Of a stretch of 64,000 nt of DNA, positions 39,368-48,986 are shown piece by piece. The DNA lies in NCBI GenBank assembly GCA_963828735.1, contig CAWHFW010000005.1, positions 2,304,001 to 2,368,000 on the forward strand. Reading direction: 5' to 3'. The notes under the pieces are model-generated. The model was given only the letters and a program-made list of their open reading frames with translations, was not told the origin of the DNA and made no database searches. The position numbers and the translations under genes were made by a program. Numbering within the stretch: the stretch's first letter is position 1; the number at the start of each line of letters is the position of its first letter. The DNA is from an uncultured Gemmatimonadales bacterium (GTDB lineage: Bacteria > Gemmatimonadota > Gemmatimonadetes > Gemmatimonadales > GWC2-71-9).

Positions 39368-39834
39368 CGTCCGACGATCACCGCCGTCTCTTCCGCCAGC
39401 CAGCCCTCCGGCAGCGCCAGCACCTCCCGCGCCCGCACCCGCCGCACCGGGACGATCGCCTCGGCGCTCGCGAGTGCCCGGCTCCCCGCTCCGAAAGTCA
39501 GCAGATAGAGAGTTTCGCCGGCGTTTCGCGCGTGCTCGGCGACAAAGGCCGCGAGCGCGCGGGGCCATCCGCCCGGCGGTGCCGGCACGTGAGCGCCGCG
39601 CCGGTGCCGTTCGAGCGTCGCGAGCAGCGCGTCGCGCGTCCCACGAGCCTCGCGATGGCGGGCGCGGTGGTGCCGTTCGTCCTCGAGCGGGTCGGCATGG
39701 CGAGGGCGAACCAGATCGCACGAGCACGCGCCCACGAGGAGACGGACGACGGTCCGCGCGTCGGGATGGAGATGGCGCAGCCGTTGGTGGTGCGCGCGGT
39801 CGGCCGGCTGGGCGGTCAGGCCCGGCGGCAGCAT
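39364..39834 (-). CDS. Hypothetical protein
   Basis: Fills the gap downstream of groES; CSCD motif; start uncertain. Confidence 0.5.
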   Translation of the reverse strand: MLPPGLTAQPADRAHHQRLRHLHPDARTVVRLLVGACSCDLVRPRHADPLEDERHHRARHREARGTRDALLATLERHRRGAHVPAPPGGWPRALAAFVAEHARNAGETLYLLTFGAGSRALASAEAIVPVRRVRAREVLALPEGWLAEETAVIVGR

Positions 39835-39891
39835 CGCCCGGACCTCACTCAGCGTGAGCGGGCTCGCGGCGAAGAGGAGGTAGCACAGAGG

Positions 39892-40260
39892 TCAGATCGG
39901 GAGGTCGTCGCGGATCAGGACGAGAATGGCCGCCTGGGGGACGACCAGATACTTCTTCTCCTCGAACGAGATCTCGACCGCGGCCTTGCGGAAGAAGATG
40001 GCGTGATCCCCGACGCGTGCCTGCATCCCGCGGTTCTTGCTTTCGCGCGCGTCCACTCTCCAGGGCTCGTCGTCGAGCGTGCTGAGGTCGGCGATCGGCG
40101 TACCGGGCCCGGTCGCGACGATGAGGCCGGTCTGGACCTGCTGCGAGTCGATCGCCGTGGCCGGAAGGTACAGTCCCACGCGGGTACGATCGTCACCGTC
40201 CTCCGCGGTGATGAGCACCCGATCGCCGACGACCATCAGCTGCTTCTGGGGAAACTCCAT
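39892..40260 (-). CDS. GroES-family co-chaperonin (not adjacent to groEL)
   Basis: VGDRVLI, GLYLPATA, ATGPG, VGDHAIF motifs. Confidence 0.85.
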   Translation of the reverse strand: MEFPQKQLMVVGDRVLITAEDGDDRTRVGLYLPATAIDSQQVQTGLIVATGPGTPIADLSTLDDEPWRVDARESKNRGMQARVGDHAIFFRKAAVEISFEEKKYLVVPQAAILVLIRDDLPI

Positions 40261-40261
40261 C

Positions 40262-40756
40262 TCATCCGTTTCCGTTGATGCCGCTGCCCTCGGCCTGATG
40301 CACGGTGACGAGCTCGAGAATGCGGAGCTTGCGCATCGCGGTGGGTAGGCGAAGGCTGATCTCGTCCCCGACTCGGCCGTTGGAGAGCGCGCGGCCGAGG
40401 GGTGAGGCGAGCGAGATGTGGCCCGCGTCGAAGTCCATCATCTCCGCGAGCACCACCATATAGGTATCGGTGTCGTTGGTGTCGAGGTCGAGTACCGTGA
40501 CCCGGGAGCCGAGCCCAACGCGGTCGGTCGGGGCTTCGGTGTTGGCGAGCTGGCTCAGCTGGTTGAGCCGCTGATGCAGCTGGCCAAGGCGCGCCTGCAC
40601 GAACTGCTGACGCTCGAGCGCCGCCTTGTACTCGCTGTTCTCCCGGAGATCACCGAGCTCGACCGCCTGGGCGATAGCCTGCGGCAGCAGCACGTTCAAT
40701 TCATGGCTGAGCTGATCGATTTCGCGGCCCAGCTTCTCCCGCATTTCACGGATCAT
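40262..40756 (-). CDS. greA: Transcription elongation factor GreA
   Basis: GDLRENSEY, VGLGSRV, ISLASPLGRAL motifs. Confidence 0.92.
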   Translation of the reverse strand: MIREMREKLGREIDQLSHELNVLLPQAIAQAVELGDLRENSEYKAALERQQFVQARLGQLHQRLNQLSQLANTEAPTDRVGLGSRVTVLDLDTNDTDTYMVVLAEMMDFDAGHISLASPLGRALSNGRVGDEISLRLPTAMRKLRILELVTVHQAEGSGINGNG

Positions 40757-40772
40757 GGTCCAACCGGGCGAT

Positions 40773-40808
40773 AAAGAAAAGACGGCCCCGAGCGGCGGCG
40801 CTCAGGGC
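40773..40808 (-). terminator. Intrinsic terminator in the greA leader
   Basis: gccctgagcg-ccgc-cgctcggggc 10-bp stem followed by cgtcttttcttt, 16 nt before the greA ATG; TGgTATCTT extended -10 at 40830-40838. Confidence 0.6.
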
Positions 40809-41386
40809 GGAGGTGGAAGCGACTTACCAAAGATACCACCGGCACCGCGAGTGCGGAATCCGGCGTCCAGTAACCCATTGGATGCTTGCCGCTTGCAGGC
40901 CGTGGCGAGGACGGCCGCCGTCCCCAGCCCGGGCGGGGACTCGAGTTTGGGGGTGAGATCTTGGGTCGCCGTGGACCTCACGCAGGTGCACCTGGTGACC
41001 GGTGCGGAGGTCCTGATGGAGACCTGTTCGACACGTTCTCAGACGCCGCGCACACGACGAAAGCCCATGATTGGGTGTGCCGGTACCGGGCAACCCGGGG
41101 TCCGCGGGGAACCAAGGGGTCCAGCGCGAGAGGGTTGGGAAGACCGGGTTCAGGGGTCGCGGCGCGGGGCAAGTCGACTGGGGTACGGGAGACAGCTACG
41201 GAAGTAGTAGCTTGCGCTACTCACTCGTTTCGCGCCAGTTCGTGAACCGCGAGAATCGTCTCTCCGCAGGTGTCCGAACGTACATGTAGCACTGTGCGGC
41301 GCGGCGGTTACTGATGAAAGCACAGGACCGCCGACTCGCCCGCGGCGCGATCGGCCAAGCGTATTGGGCGCAAGGCGCGGAGTTCC

Positions 41387-41415
41387 TTGACCTTCCGGAT
41401 CGAAACCCGTAAACT
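41387..41415 (+). promoter_or_regulatory. Sigma70 promoter of the cox operon
   Basis: TTGACC-N17-TAAACT. Confidence 0.65.
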
Positions 41416-41474
41416 GCGGCGGCTTGTTACCCCGCGGTGTGGACGTCGATTCTCGCCAACAGGATGGCCGCGTA

Positions 41475-42639
41475 ATGCACCTTCGGATCCGCGCCCTCCG
41501 GCTGCTGCGCCGGGTGGCTCTCGTGCTCCCCTTCCTGGTGCTCGTCGCGAGCGCTTGCAGCCCCGATCACTATCCCCAAACGGCGCTTCGGCCGCTCTCG
41601 GACTTCGGCAAGATCGGCGATGACATCCAGACCACGACGTTCTACTGGGCGCTCGGGGTGTTTGTCCTGGTCGAGGGGGCGCTGCTCTACGCCATCTTCC
41701 GCTTCCGGGGCAAGCCCGATGATCCGGAGCCCCGGCAGGTGCACGGCAACACGACGGTCGAGATCATCTGGACCGTGATTCCGGCGCTGATCCTGGCCGC
41801 CATCGCCGTGCCGACCGTCCGCGGCGATCTTCGAGACGAACGCCATTCCGAAGGGCGACATCCTCACGATCGAGGTCGTGGGGCATCAGTGGTGGTGGGA
41901 GTTCCGGTATCCGGACCTCAAGCTCACCACCGCCAACGAGGTCCACATTCCGGTCGGCCAGACGGTGTCGTTCCGGATGAGCACGGCGGACGTCGTCCAC
42001 AGCTTCTGGCCGCCCAGGTTCGCGGGCAAGCGCGACGTGTTCCCCAATCGCCAGACCCGCCTCTGGTTCAAGGCCGAACAGGCGGGTGAATACCCGGGCC
42101 AGTGCGCGGAATTCTGCGGCATTGAGCACGCACGCATGGCCTTTCGGGTGCGGGCGCAGACGCCCGAGGAGTTCCAGGCCTGGGTGGCGCACATGCAGAC
42201 GCTGGGCGCCAAGCCGGCGGCGGCCGGTGCGGCGCCCTCGGACTCGGTCCACACGGCCAGCGCCGGCGCCAACGTGCAGGCTCCCCAACCCAAGCCAGGC
42301 GCACCCCAGGCTTCCGCCAAGGATTCGGCGCCGGCCGCCCCGAAGCCGCCCGCCGACCCGGCCTACGCCGCGGGTGAGAAGCTCTTCCTGGCCAAGGGCT
42401 GCGTGGGATGCCACTCGCTCGCGGCCGTCGATGCGCCCAAGGGGATGATCGGGCCGAACCTCGCCAACGTCGGCGCCCGCTCGTTCATCGGCGCCGGCAG
42501 CTTCAAGAACACGGACGAGAACCTCGCCCGCTGGATCCAGAACCCGCAGGCGTTGAAGAAGGGCGTGCTCATGCCCAACCTCGGGGTGACTCCCGAGGAG
42601 GCCAAGTCGCTCGTCGCCTATCTCCGCGCTCACCAATAA
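41475..42639 (+). CDS. coxB: Cytochrome caa3 oxidase subunit II with fused cytochrome c, frameshifted near 41820
   Basis: LVASAC lipobox, HGNTTVEIIWT; then GHQWWW, DVVHSF, CAEFCGIEHARM (CuA), CVGCH. Confidence 0.92.
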
Positions 42640-42647
42640 CAGGGCCT

Positions 42648-44486
42648 ATGGCAACCACCGCACTCGATCAGCAACGGGCGCACGCCGCGAGCCACACCGA
42701 GCCGACCGGCCTGTGGAGCTGGATCACCACGGTCGATCACAAGCGCATCGGCATTCTCTACGGCACCACCGCCTTCATCTTCTTCCTCCTGGGCGGCATC
42801 GAGGCCCTGCTGCTGCGGATCCAGCTCGGGTCGCCGAACAACACGTTCCTTTCGCCCGAGGCCTACAACCAGCTGTTCACCATGCACGGCACGACCATGA
42901 TCTTCCTCGCGATCATGCCGATCAGTGCCGCGTTCTTCAACTTCATCATCCCGCTCCAGATCGGCGCGCGGGACGTGGCGTTCCCGCGGCTCAACGCCTT
43001 CAGCTATTGGGTCTTCCTCGCCGGCGGCCTGTTCTTGAACTCGAGCTTCCTGTTCGGCGCCGCGCCGGACCAGGGCTGGTACGGGTACGCGAACCTCACT
43101 TCGCGCCAGTACTCGCCGGGGCTCAACGTGGACTTCTGGCTGCTGGGTCTCCAGATCCTCGGTGTGGCCTCGCTGGCGGCGGCGGTGAACTTCTTCGTCA
43201 CCATCGTCAATCTGCGCGCGCCCGGCATGAAGCTGATGCGCATGCCGATGTTCACCTGGATGAGCTTCATCACCCAGGTCCTGCTGCTGCTGGCCTTCCC
43301 GGTCATCACGGTGGCGCTGATCCTGCTCATGTTCGACCGCTTCTTCGGGACGCACTTCTTCGTCCCGTCCGGCGGTGGCGATCCGCTGCTCTGGCAGCAC
43401 ATGTTCTGGATCTTCGGGCACCCCGAGGTCTACATCCTGATCCTGCCCGCGTTCGGCGTGGTGAGCGAGGTCCTGCCGGTGTTCTCGCGCAAGCCACTGT
43501 TCGGCTACGCGGCGATGGTCTTCTCGGGCGTGTTCATCGCGTTCCTCGGGTTCGGCGTGTGGAGCCACCACATGTTCACGACGGGCATGGGCCCGATCGC
43601 CGACACCTTCTTCTCGTTGACCACGATGCTGATCGCGATCCCGACGGGCGTGAAGATCTTCAACTGGCTGGGCACCGTGTGGGGCGGCTCGATCCAGTAC
43701 CGCGTGCCGATGTACTTCGCCCTGGGCTTCATCGCGATGTTCATCATCGGCGGGCTGTCGGGCGTCATGCACTCCTCGCCGCCGGCCGATCTGCAGCAGA
43801 ACGACACGTACTTCATCGTCGCGCACTTCCACTACGTGCTGTTCGGTGGCAGCATCTTCGGCCTCACGGCCGGCGCCTACTACTGGTGGCCCAAGATGTT
43901 CGGCCGGATGCTCGACGAGACCCTGGGCAAGGTCCACTTCTGGCTGATGCTCATCGGCTTCAACGTGACCTTCTTCCCGATGCACATCCTCGGGCTCAAC
44001 GGCATGCCGCGCCGGGTGTACACCTACCCGGAGGGGCTCGGGTTCGAGACCCTCAACCGGATCGAGACGATCGGGTCGTTCATCCTGGGATTCTCGTTCC
44101 TGATCTTCCTCATCAACATCGTCAAGACGTGGCGCGGCCCGCGCAACGCGCCGGCCGACCCGTGGAACGGCGCCACCCTCGAGTGGGCCATCCCGTCGCC
44201 GCCGCAGGAGTGGAACTTCGCGGAGATCCCGACCGTGCATGGGCGTGACGCCTTGTGGGAGGCGAAGCGCCTGCAGGGCGGCAAGCTGCCGGAGCCGCCC
44301 CGGGTGAGCGGCCAGGGGATCCATCTCCCCCATCCGTCGTACTGGCCGATGGTCGCAGCCCTCGGCGTGGTGGGGCTGATGATCGGCGTGATGCTCGTGC
44401 CCCACATCGGTCCGTGGGGCATCATCGCGGGCGCGGCGATCCTGTTCACCGGAGTGTTCAACTGGGCCTTCGAGCCCGCGGGGTGA
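42648..44486 (+). CDS. coxA: Cytochrome c oxidase subunit I
   Basis: DHKRIG, TMHG, GHPEVY, WSHHMF, AHFHY, GMPRR motifs. Confidence 0.97.
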   Translation: MATTALDQQRAHAASHTEPTGLWSWITTVDHKRIGILYGTTAFIFFLLGGIEALLLRIQLGSPNNTFLSPEAYNQLFTMHGTTMIFLAIMPISAAFFNFIIPLQIGARDVAFPRLNAFSYWVFLAGGLFLNSSFLFGAAPDQGWYGYANLTSRQYSPGLNVDFWLLGLQILGVASLAAAVNFFVTIVNLRAPGMKLMRMPMFTWMSFITQVLLLLAFPVITVALILLMFDRFFGTHFFVPSGGGDPLLWQHMFWIFGHPEVYILILPAFGVVSEVLPVFSRKPLFGYAAMVFSGVFIAFLGFGVWSHHMFTTGMGPIADTFFSLTTMLIAIPTGVKIFNWLGTVWGGSIQYRVPMYFALGFIAMFIIGGLSGVMHSSPPADLQQNDTYFIVAHFHYVLFGGSIFGLTAGAYYWWPKMFGRMLDETLGKVHFWLMLIGFNVTFFPMHILGLNGMPRRVYTYPEGLGFETLNRIETIGSFILGFSFLIFLINIVKTWRGPRNAPADPWNGATLEWAIPSPPQEWNFAEIPTVHGRDALWEAKRLQGGKLPEPPRVSGQGIHLPHPSYWPMVAALGVVGLMIGVMLVPHIGPWGIIAGAAILFTGVFNWAFEPAG

Positions 44487-44524
44487 GTCGAGTCGATTTG
44501 CCGACTCCCGACTCCCGACTCACC
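44482..44524. repeat. Intergenic hairpin built from CGACTCC heptamers
   Basis: ggtgagtcg...cgactcc cgactcc cgactcacc. Confidence 0.55.
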
Positions 44525-44544
44525 ACTGCTCCAAGGAGCCGACC

Positions 44545-45177
44545 TTGTCCGACCACGCAGCCGCAGCGCATCCCGAGACCTCGACCGGACTCGACAGCCG
44601 AAAGCTGGCGATCTGGACCTTCATCGGGTCGGAATGCCTGTTCTTCGCCACGTTGATCTCCAACTACCTCGTGCACAAGGAAACCTGGCTGTCGGGGCCG
44701 GGTCCGTTTCCGCATGACGTCTGGAAATCCCCCTCCGGCCAGGTCTTCGAGCCGATCATCGAGATCCCGCTGGTCACGCTGGGCACCGCGTTGCTGCTGT
44801 TCAGCTCGCTCTTCGTGGTGCTGGCCCTGGCCAGCGCGCAGCGGGGGAACCGGCGCGGGCTGCTCCTGTGGCTCGGCGCCACGCTGTTCTGCGGCTTCTT
44901 CTTCGTCGGCATGCAGGTGTTCGAGTTCACCCACTTCGTCCACAAGGGGCTCACGCTCAAGACCAACCTGTTCGGGGCGAGCTTCTTCACGCTGACCGGG
45001 TTCCATGGTACGCACGTGACGTTGGGCGTGATCTGGCTGCTGACGCTCTGGATCGAGGCGTTCCGCGGCAAGATCCCGCCGGCAAAATCGTTGAACCTCG
45101 AGATTGCCGCGCTGTACTGGCACTTCGTGGACGTGGTCTGGATCGTGATCTTCCCCGTCGTCTACCTGATCAAGTAG
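44545..45177 (+). CDS. coxC: Cytochrome c oxidase subunit III (short form)
   Basis: AAGGAG RBS with TTG start; FIGSECLFF, TGFHGTHV, YWHFVDVVW motifs. Confidence 0.95.
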   Translation: MSDHAAAAHPETSTGLDSRKLAIWTFIGSECLFFATLISNYLVHKETWLSGPGPFPHDVWKSPSGQVFEPIIEIPLVTLGTALLLFSSLFVVLALASAQRGNRRGLLLWLGATLFCGFFFVGMQVFEFTHFVHKGLTLKTNLFGASFFTLTGFHGTHVTLGVIWLLTLWIEAFRGKIPPAKSLNLEIAALYWHFVDVVWIVIFPVVYLIK

Positions 45178-45186
45178 GGGACTCGC

Positions 45187-45540
45187 ATGGACGCCCACGG
45201 TTCTCAGCCCGCCGAGCACACCCACCCGAGCTCCGGCGTGTACGTCAAGATCGGGCTCGTGCTGTTCGTGCTCACCGCGCTCGAGGTCGGACTCTACGAG
45301 TTCACCTACGGCGAGCATTCCGGCGCCACCGGTCACGCGCTCCAGCCGTTCTTCGTGCCGCTCCTGCTGGCGCTGTCCGCGCTCAAGTTCGCGCTCGTGG
45401 CGATGTTCTACATGCACCTCAAGCAGGATAGCCGGCTGTTCAGCGGCGTGTTCGTGTTCCCGCTCATCATCGCCACGGTGATCATCCTGGCCCTCATCGC
45501 CCTCGAGGCCTACCACTTCGCCTTCGCGACCTCCGGGTGA
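45187..45540 (+). CDS. Cytochrome c oxidase subunit IV (caa3 type)
   Basis: LTALEV, KFALVAMFYMHLK motifs. Confidence 0.9.
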   Translation: MDAHGSQPAEHTHPSSGVYVKIGLVLFVLTALEVGLYEFTYGEHSGATGHALQPFFVPLLLALSALKFALVAMFYMHLKQDSRLFSGVFVFPLIIATVIILALIALEAYHFAFATSG

Positions 45541-46361
45541 TCCTGCTGCCGTTCGCGCCGCTCCTCGACGAGCGGCCGCGGCCGACCGGGCCATACGAGT
45601 GGGCCTGGTCGCTGCACCCCAGCGTACTCTTGGGCACCGGGCTTCTCGGTGCCCTGTACTTTTACGGGATCGGGCCCTGGCGACGCGCGCGGGGCCTGCC
45701 GCCCGCGCCGCGCTGGAAGGTGGCGTCCTTCGTCGCGTCGCTGCTCGTGCTGCTCGGCTCGCTCAACGGCCCGGTACACGATCTGAGCGACTACTACCTG
45801 TTCTCCGTCCACATGGCGCAGCACCTGCTGCTCACCCTGGTCTTCCCGCCGCTGCTGATTCTGGGACTGCCCGGGTGGCTGGTCGAGCCCCTGCTCAAGC
45901 CGGCGTCCGTGCGCCGGGTGGCGCGGGTCCTGACGCACCCGGTCGCGGCCGCGGTGATCTTCACCGCGACGATCGCCGTCTGGCACGTGTCGCAGTACTA
46001 CGATCTGATGATGCGGGATCACGACGTTCACATCGTCACCCACCTCATGTTCATGGCGACGGCCACGCTGCTGTGGTGGCCCGTGATGAGCCCGGTGCCC
46101 GACGTCCTGCCGCGACTCGGGTACGGCCTTGGCATGCTCTACCTGTTCCTCGTGGGCATTCCGATGCAGATCGTCGCCGCGTTGATCACGTTGAGCGGCA
46201 GCGTACTGTATCCCTGGTACTCGGTCGCGCCGCGCACCTGGGGGCTCTCGCCGCTCGACGATCAGCAGCTCGGCGGACTCCTCATGTGGGTGCCGGGGAA
46301 CCTGTACATGTTCCTGGTGATCGGGGTGCTGTTTCTGGTGTGGGCGAGGGAGAATCAGTAG
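45537..46361 (+). CDS. caa3-type cytochrome oxidase assembly factor (CtaG-like)
   Basis: LFSVHMAQHLLL, WH, DQQLGGLLMWVPG motifs. Confidence 0.9.
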   Translation: MILLPFAPLLDERPRPTGPYEWAWSLHPSVLLGTGLLGALYFYGIGPWRRARGLPPAPRWKVASFVASLLVLLGSLNGPVHDLSDYYLFSVHMAQHLLLTLVFPPLLILGLPGWLVEPLLKPASVRRVARVLTHPVAAAVIFTATIAVWHVSQYYDLMMRDHDVHIVTHLMFMATATLLWWPVMSPVPDVLPRLGYGLGMLYLFLVGIPMQIVAALITLSGSVLYPWYSVAPRTWGLSPLDDQQLGGLLMWVPGNLYMFLVIGVLFLVWARENQ

Positions 46362-46407
46362 GGCCGGACGGGGGGCGGCGAGACGTACGCGTTGAGGAAC
46401 TCTTCCT

Positions 46408-47079
46408 TCAGGCCTTCGGTTCGGTCGCTCCCGCCTCGACCACCGCCGCCGCGATGGTCGTCTCGAACCCCCAGCGGTCGGCATCTCCGAAGCGCCCGAG
46501 GGCCGCCGACCGCAGACACTCCATCTCCCGCTCCTCGAATCCCTCGAGCGCGAACGGCGTCGGCGGCAGGTCGGCGTAGCCGGGAAACTGATGCTGAATC
46601 GGGCAGGCGTTCTCGATCACGCGTCCAGCGGGCGTGACCATGCCGAGGCCGATCATGCGGCACACGAGCGGACGGTCCTCGTAGACGACACAGCGACCGG
46701 CATCGTCCAGCAGCGGACACGGCTCACCGGCCAGCGCATCCGAGAGCCGATCGAAGCGCTCCTCCCCCAGTTCCGCGATTTCGTAAGGAGTCCCCCAGGC
46801 GGGCTCGATGGCGCGCATGCGATCCAGCAGGCTCGCCGCGCGCACGACCGCCTGTGCCCGAAGCGGGGTGGGTAAATGGCGCACCGCCTCTGTCAGCAGT
46901 TCGGCATCGGCGACGGAGATGTCGAACGGTCCGTGGCAGCAGGCCGTACAGCCGCCGCGACAGGGGACCCGTCCGCCGGCCGTCTCGCGGCCGCTATCGA
47001 ACCACTCAGCCAGCTCCGCGAGAAGTGATCGGTAGGGGGTGACGGTCATCGGGAAGCTTTGTCCCCGGGTGTCATCCAC
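46408..47079 (-). CDS. YkgJ family cysteine-cluster protein
   Basis: CRGGCTACC; CPLL...CVVYEDRPLVCR. Confidence 0.88.
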   Translation of the reverse strand: MDDTRGQSFPMTVTPYRSLLAELAEWFDSGRETAGGRVPCRGGCTACCHGPFDISVADAELLTEAVRHLPTPLRAQAVVRAASLLDRMRAIEPAWGTPYEIAELGEERFDRLSDALAGEPCPLLDDAGRCVVYEDRPLVCRMIGLGMVTPAGRVIENACPIQHQFPGYADLPPTPFALEGFEEREMECLRSAALGRFGDADRWGFETTIAAAVVEAGATEPKA

Positions 47080-47082
47080 GGC

Positions 47083-47451
47083 TCACCCGCGGCGAGTGGC
47101 GAGCGCTAGGCAGATCCATCCGGCGAGGAACGCCAAGCCGCCGAGCGGCGTAACGGCTCCCAGCCATCGAGCGCCGGACAACGCCAAGGCATAGAGGCTT
47201 CCGGAAAAGAGCAGGGTCCCCGCGACGAACAGCCACCCTGCGCACTGGGTGAGCGGACCGGGCCACCTGCTAACGGCCCACGCCACGGCGATCAGGCCGA
47301 GCGCGTGGTACATCTCATACCGGGCACCGGTCTCGAACGCGGCGAGCAGATCGGCCGGGAGCCGCGCGCGAAGGGCGTGGGCACCGAAGGCCCCAGCGGC
47401 GACGGAAACGAACGCCGAGAACGCGCCAAGGCCGAAGAAGAGGCGTTCCAC
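47083..47451 (-). CDS. DUF423 membrane protein
   Basis: GAFGAH, YEMYH, FSGSLY, TPLGG motifs. Confidence 0.92.
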   Translation of the reverse strand: MERLFFGLGAFSAFVSVAAGAFGAHALRARLPADLLAAFETGARYEMYHALGLIAVAWAVSRWPGPLTQCAGWLFVAGTLLFSGSLYALALSGARWLGAVTPLGGLAFLAGWICLALATRRG

Positions 47452-47455
47452 GCCG

Positions 47456-48148
47456 TCACCGCACCGGGTGGGCCGCCGACTCGGCGGTGGTGGCCGCCCG
47501 GTCCGCCCAGGCGGCGAGCGCGGCGATCACGAGCATGAACCCGATGTCGCCGGCACCGATGGCGAGCGTGCTCGCCGGCGCGGGCCCGAGCAGCGATGCC
47601 GCATAGGTCGCGAGCAGCAGCGCCAGCACGCAGCCGATCCGCACCGGTCGAACCGGATGACGGCGCGAGGCGCCCCGGGCGTAGATGACGAGGCCGGCGG
47701 TCAGCACCGCCACCTCGAGCGCGACGCTCACTCCGACGTGACGCCAGAGGCCGAGTCCGAACTTGGGCGAATCGTTGCCCGCGAGCGGCAGGTCGGGGAC
47801 GTGCACGATGAGGTCGAGAAACCAGTGCGACGCGACGGCAAGCCCCACGAGCGCCGAGGCTTGCCAGTGGCGCGTCGTGTCGCGTGTGGGCCAGGAGTAG
47901 TAGCACACGGCCGCGGCCAATCCCCAGCCCACCGCGCCCGCGAGACTGTGGCTGATCGGATAGTCGTAGAACTGCAGCTTGAGGAGAGGGTTCTCGTCCG
48001 GAAGGATCCGCACGTGCTCCCATCCGAGAATGAGGAACGCGCCCCACAGCAGGTCCACCAGCTGCACCGCGATGAACAGCGTGCCGAGCGACACTTTGGG
48101 CTCCGCTCGCTTGAGACCCAGCGCCACCCCGTAGTGACCCACGAACAT
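47456..48148 (-). CDS. Membrane-bound metal-dependent hydrolase-like protein
   Basis: MFVGH, QLVDLLW, ISHSL, SHWFLDLIVHVPDLP motifs. Confidence 0.8.
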   Translation of the reverse strand: MFVGHYGVALGLKRAEPKVSLGTLFIAVQLVDLLWGAFLILGWEHVRILPDENPLLKLQFYDYPISHSLAGAVGWGLAAAVCYYSWPTRDTTRHWQASALVGLAVASHWFLDLIVHVPDLPLAGNDSPKFGLGLWRHVGVSVALEVAVLTAGLVIYARGASRRHPVRPVRIGCVLALLLATYAASLLGPAPASTLAIGAGDIGFMLVIAALAAWADRAATTAESAAHPVR

Positions 48149-48149
48149 G

Positions 48150-48986
48150 TCAGGATCTCCCGCCTGCGAGCCATGAGCCGCCATCCACGACGAAGATCGC
48201 TCCAGTAATCCATTCCGCGGCCGGGCCCGCGAGGAACGTGACTATCTGTCCCACGTCCTCCGGTCTACCCCACCGGCCGAGCGGAATGGCCCGCTCGGCG
48301 TACTCGTCCATGCGGAAGAGGTCGGGGGCCCGCGCGTCCGGCGGCGTGAAGGCCCGCTTGACGCCCTCGGTCGGAATGGGCCCGGGCGCGACCGCGTTGA
48401 CCGTGATCCGGTCAGGGGCCCACTCGAGCGCGAGCGTGCGGGTCAACGCGTCCACGCCGGCTTTCGCCGCCGTCGCGTGCGCCATCAGCGGCCAGCCGCG
48501 ATAGTGCAGGGTCATCGAGATCGAGACGATGCGGCCGCCACCCTGCGACTTCATCACCGGGTAGACGGCCTGCGCGCAGTAGAAGCTGCCGTAGAGGTCG
48601 GTCTCGACCACCGCGCGCCAGGCATTGGGCGACAGGCTCGCCGAGGGGGCGTAGAAGTTGCCCGCCGCATTGTTCACCAGGATGTCGATACGTCCGTGGT
48701 CGGCCGTCACCTGCTCAACCATGCGGGCCACCGCCTCGGGCTCGCGCACGTTGGTCTCGACCGTGCTCACGCGCGCGCCGCGCCCGCGGAGGGCCGTGGC
48801 GGCCGGCTCGAGGTGCTCGGGCTTGCGGCTCGCGATCGCTACAGTCGCCCCCGCCGCGGCCAGACACGACGCGATGCCCAGGCCGATGCCGGTCCCCCCG
48901 CCGGTGACGAGGGCGACACGGCCGGCGAGCATGTCGGATCGGAAGACGGCGCTCTCTGAGGTCCCGGCCGGTCCGGGCGCGCTCAC
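48150..48986 (-). CDS. SDR oxidoreductase, 2,4-dienoyl-CoA reductase-like
   Basis: TGGGTGIG, NNAAGNF, HATAAKAGV, APGPI motifs. Confidence 0.9.
   Translation of the reverse strand: MSAPGPAGTSESAVFRSDMLAGRVALVTGGGTGIGLGIASCLAAAGATVAIASRKPEHLEPAATALRGRGARVSTVETNVREPEAVARMVEQVTADHGRIDILVNNAAGNFYAPSASLSPNAWRAVVETDLYGSFYCAQAVYPVMKSQGGGRIVSISMTLHYRGWPLMAHATAAKAGVDALTRTLALEWAPDRITVNAVAPGPIPTEGVKRAFTPPDARAPDLFRMDEYAERAIPLGRWGRPEDVGQIVTFLAGPAAEWITGAIFVVDGGSWLAGGRS

Noticed and set aside
41218..41286. 22-aa ORF MYVRTPAERRFSRFTNWRETSE on the minus strand; glycine-riboswitch-like GGAGAGAC
   Set aside because: No RBS or leaderless signal, and the other riboswitch core motifs are missing.
41815..41830. 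Frameshift in coxB as programmed frameshifting or pseudogenisation
   Set aside because: No slippery heptamer, and the rest of the operon is intact. With two other single-base shifts in the window, sequencing or assembly error is more likely; check the reads.
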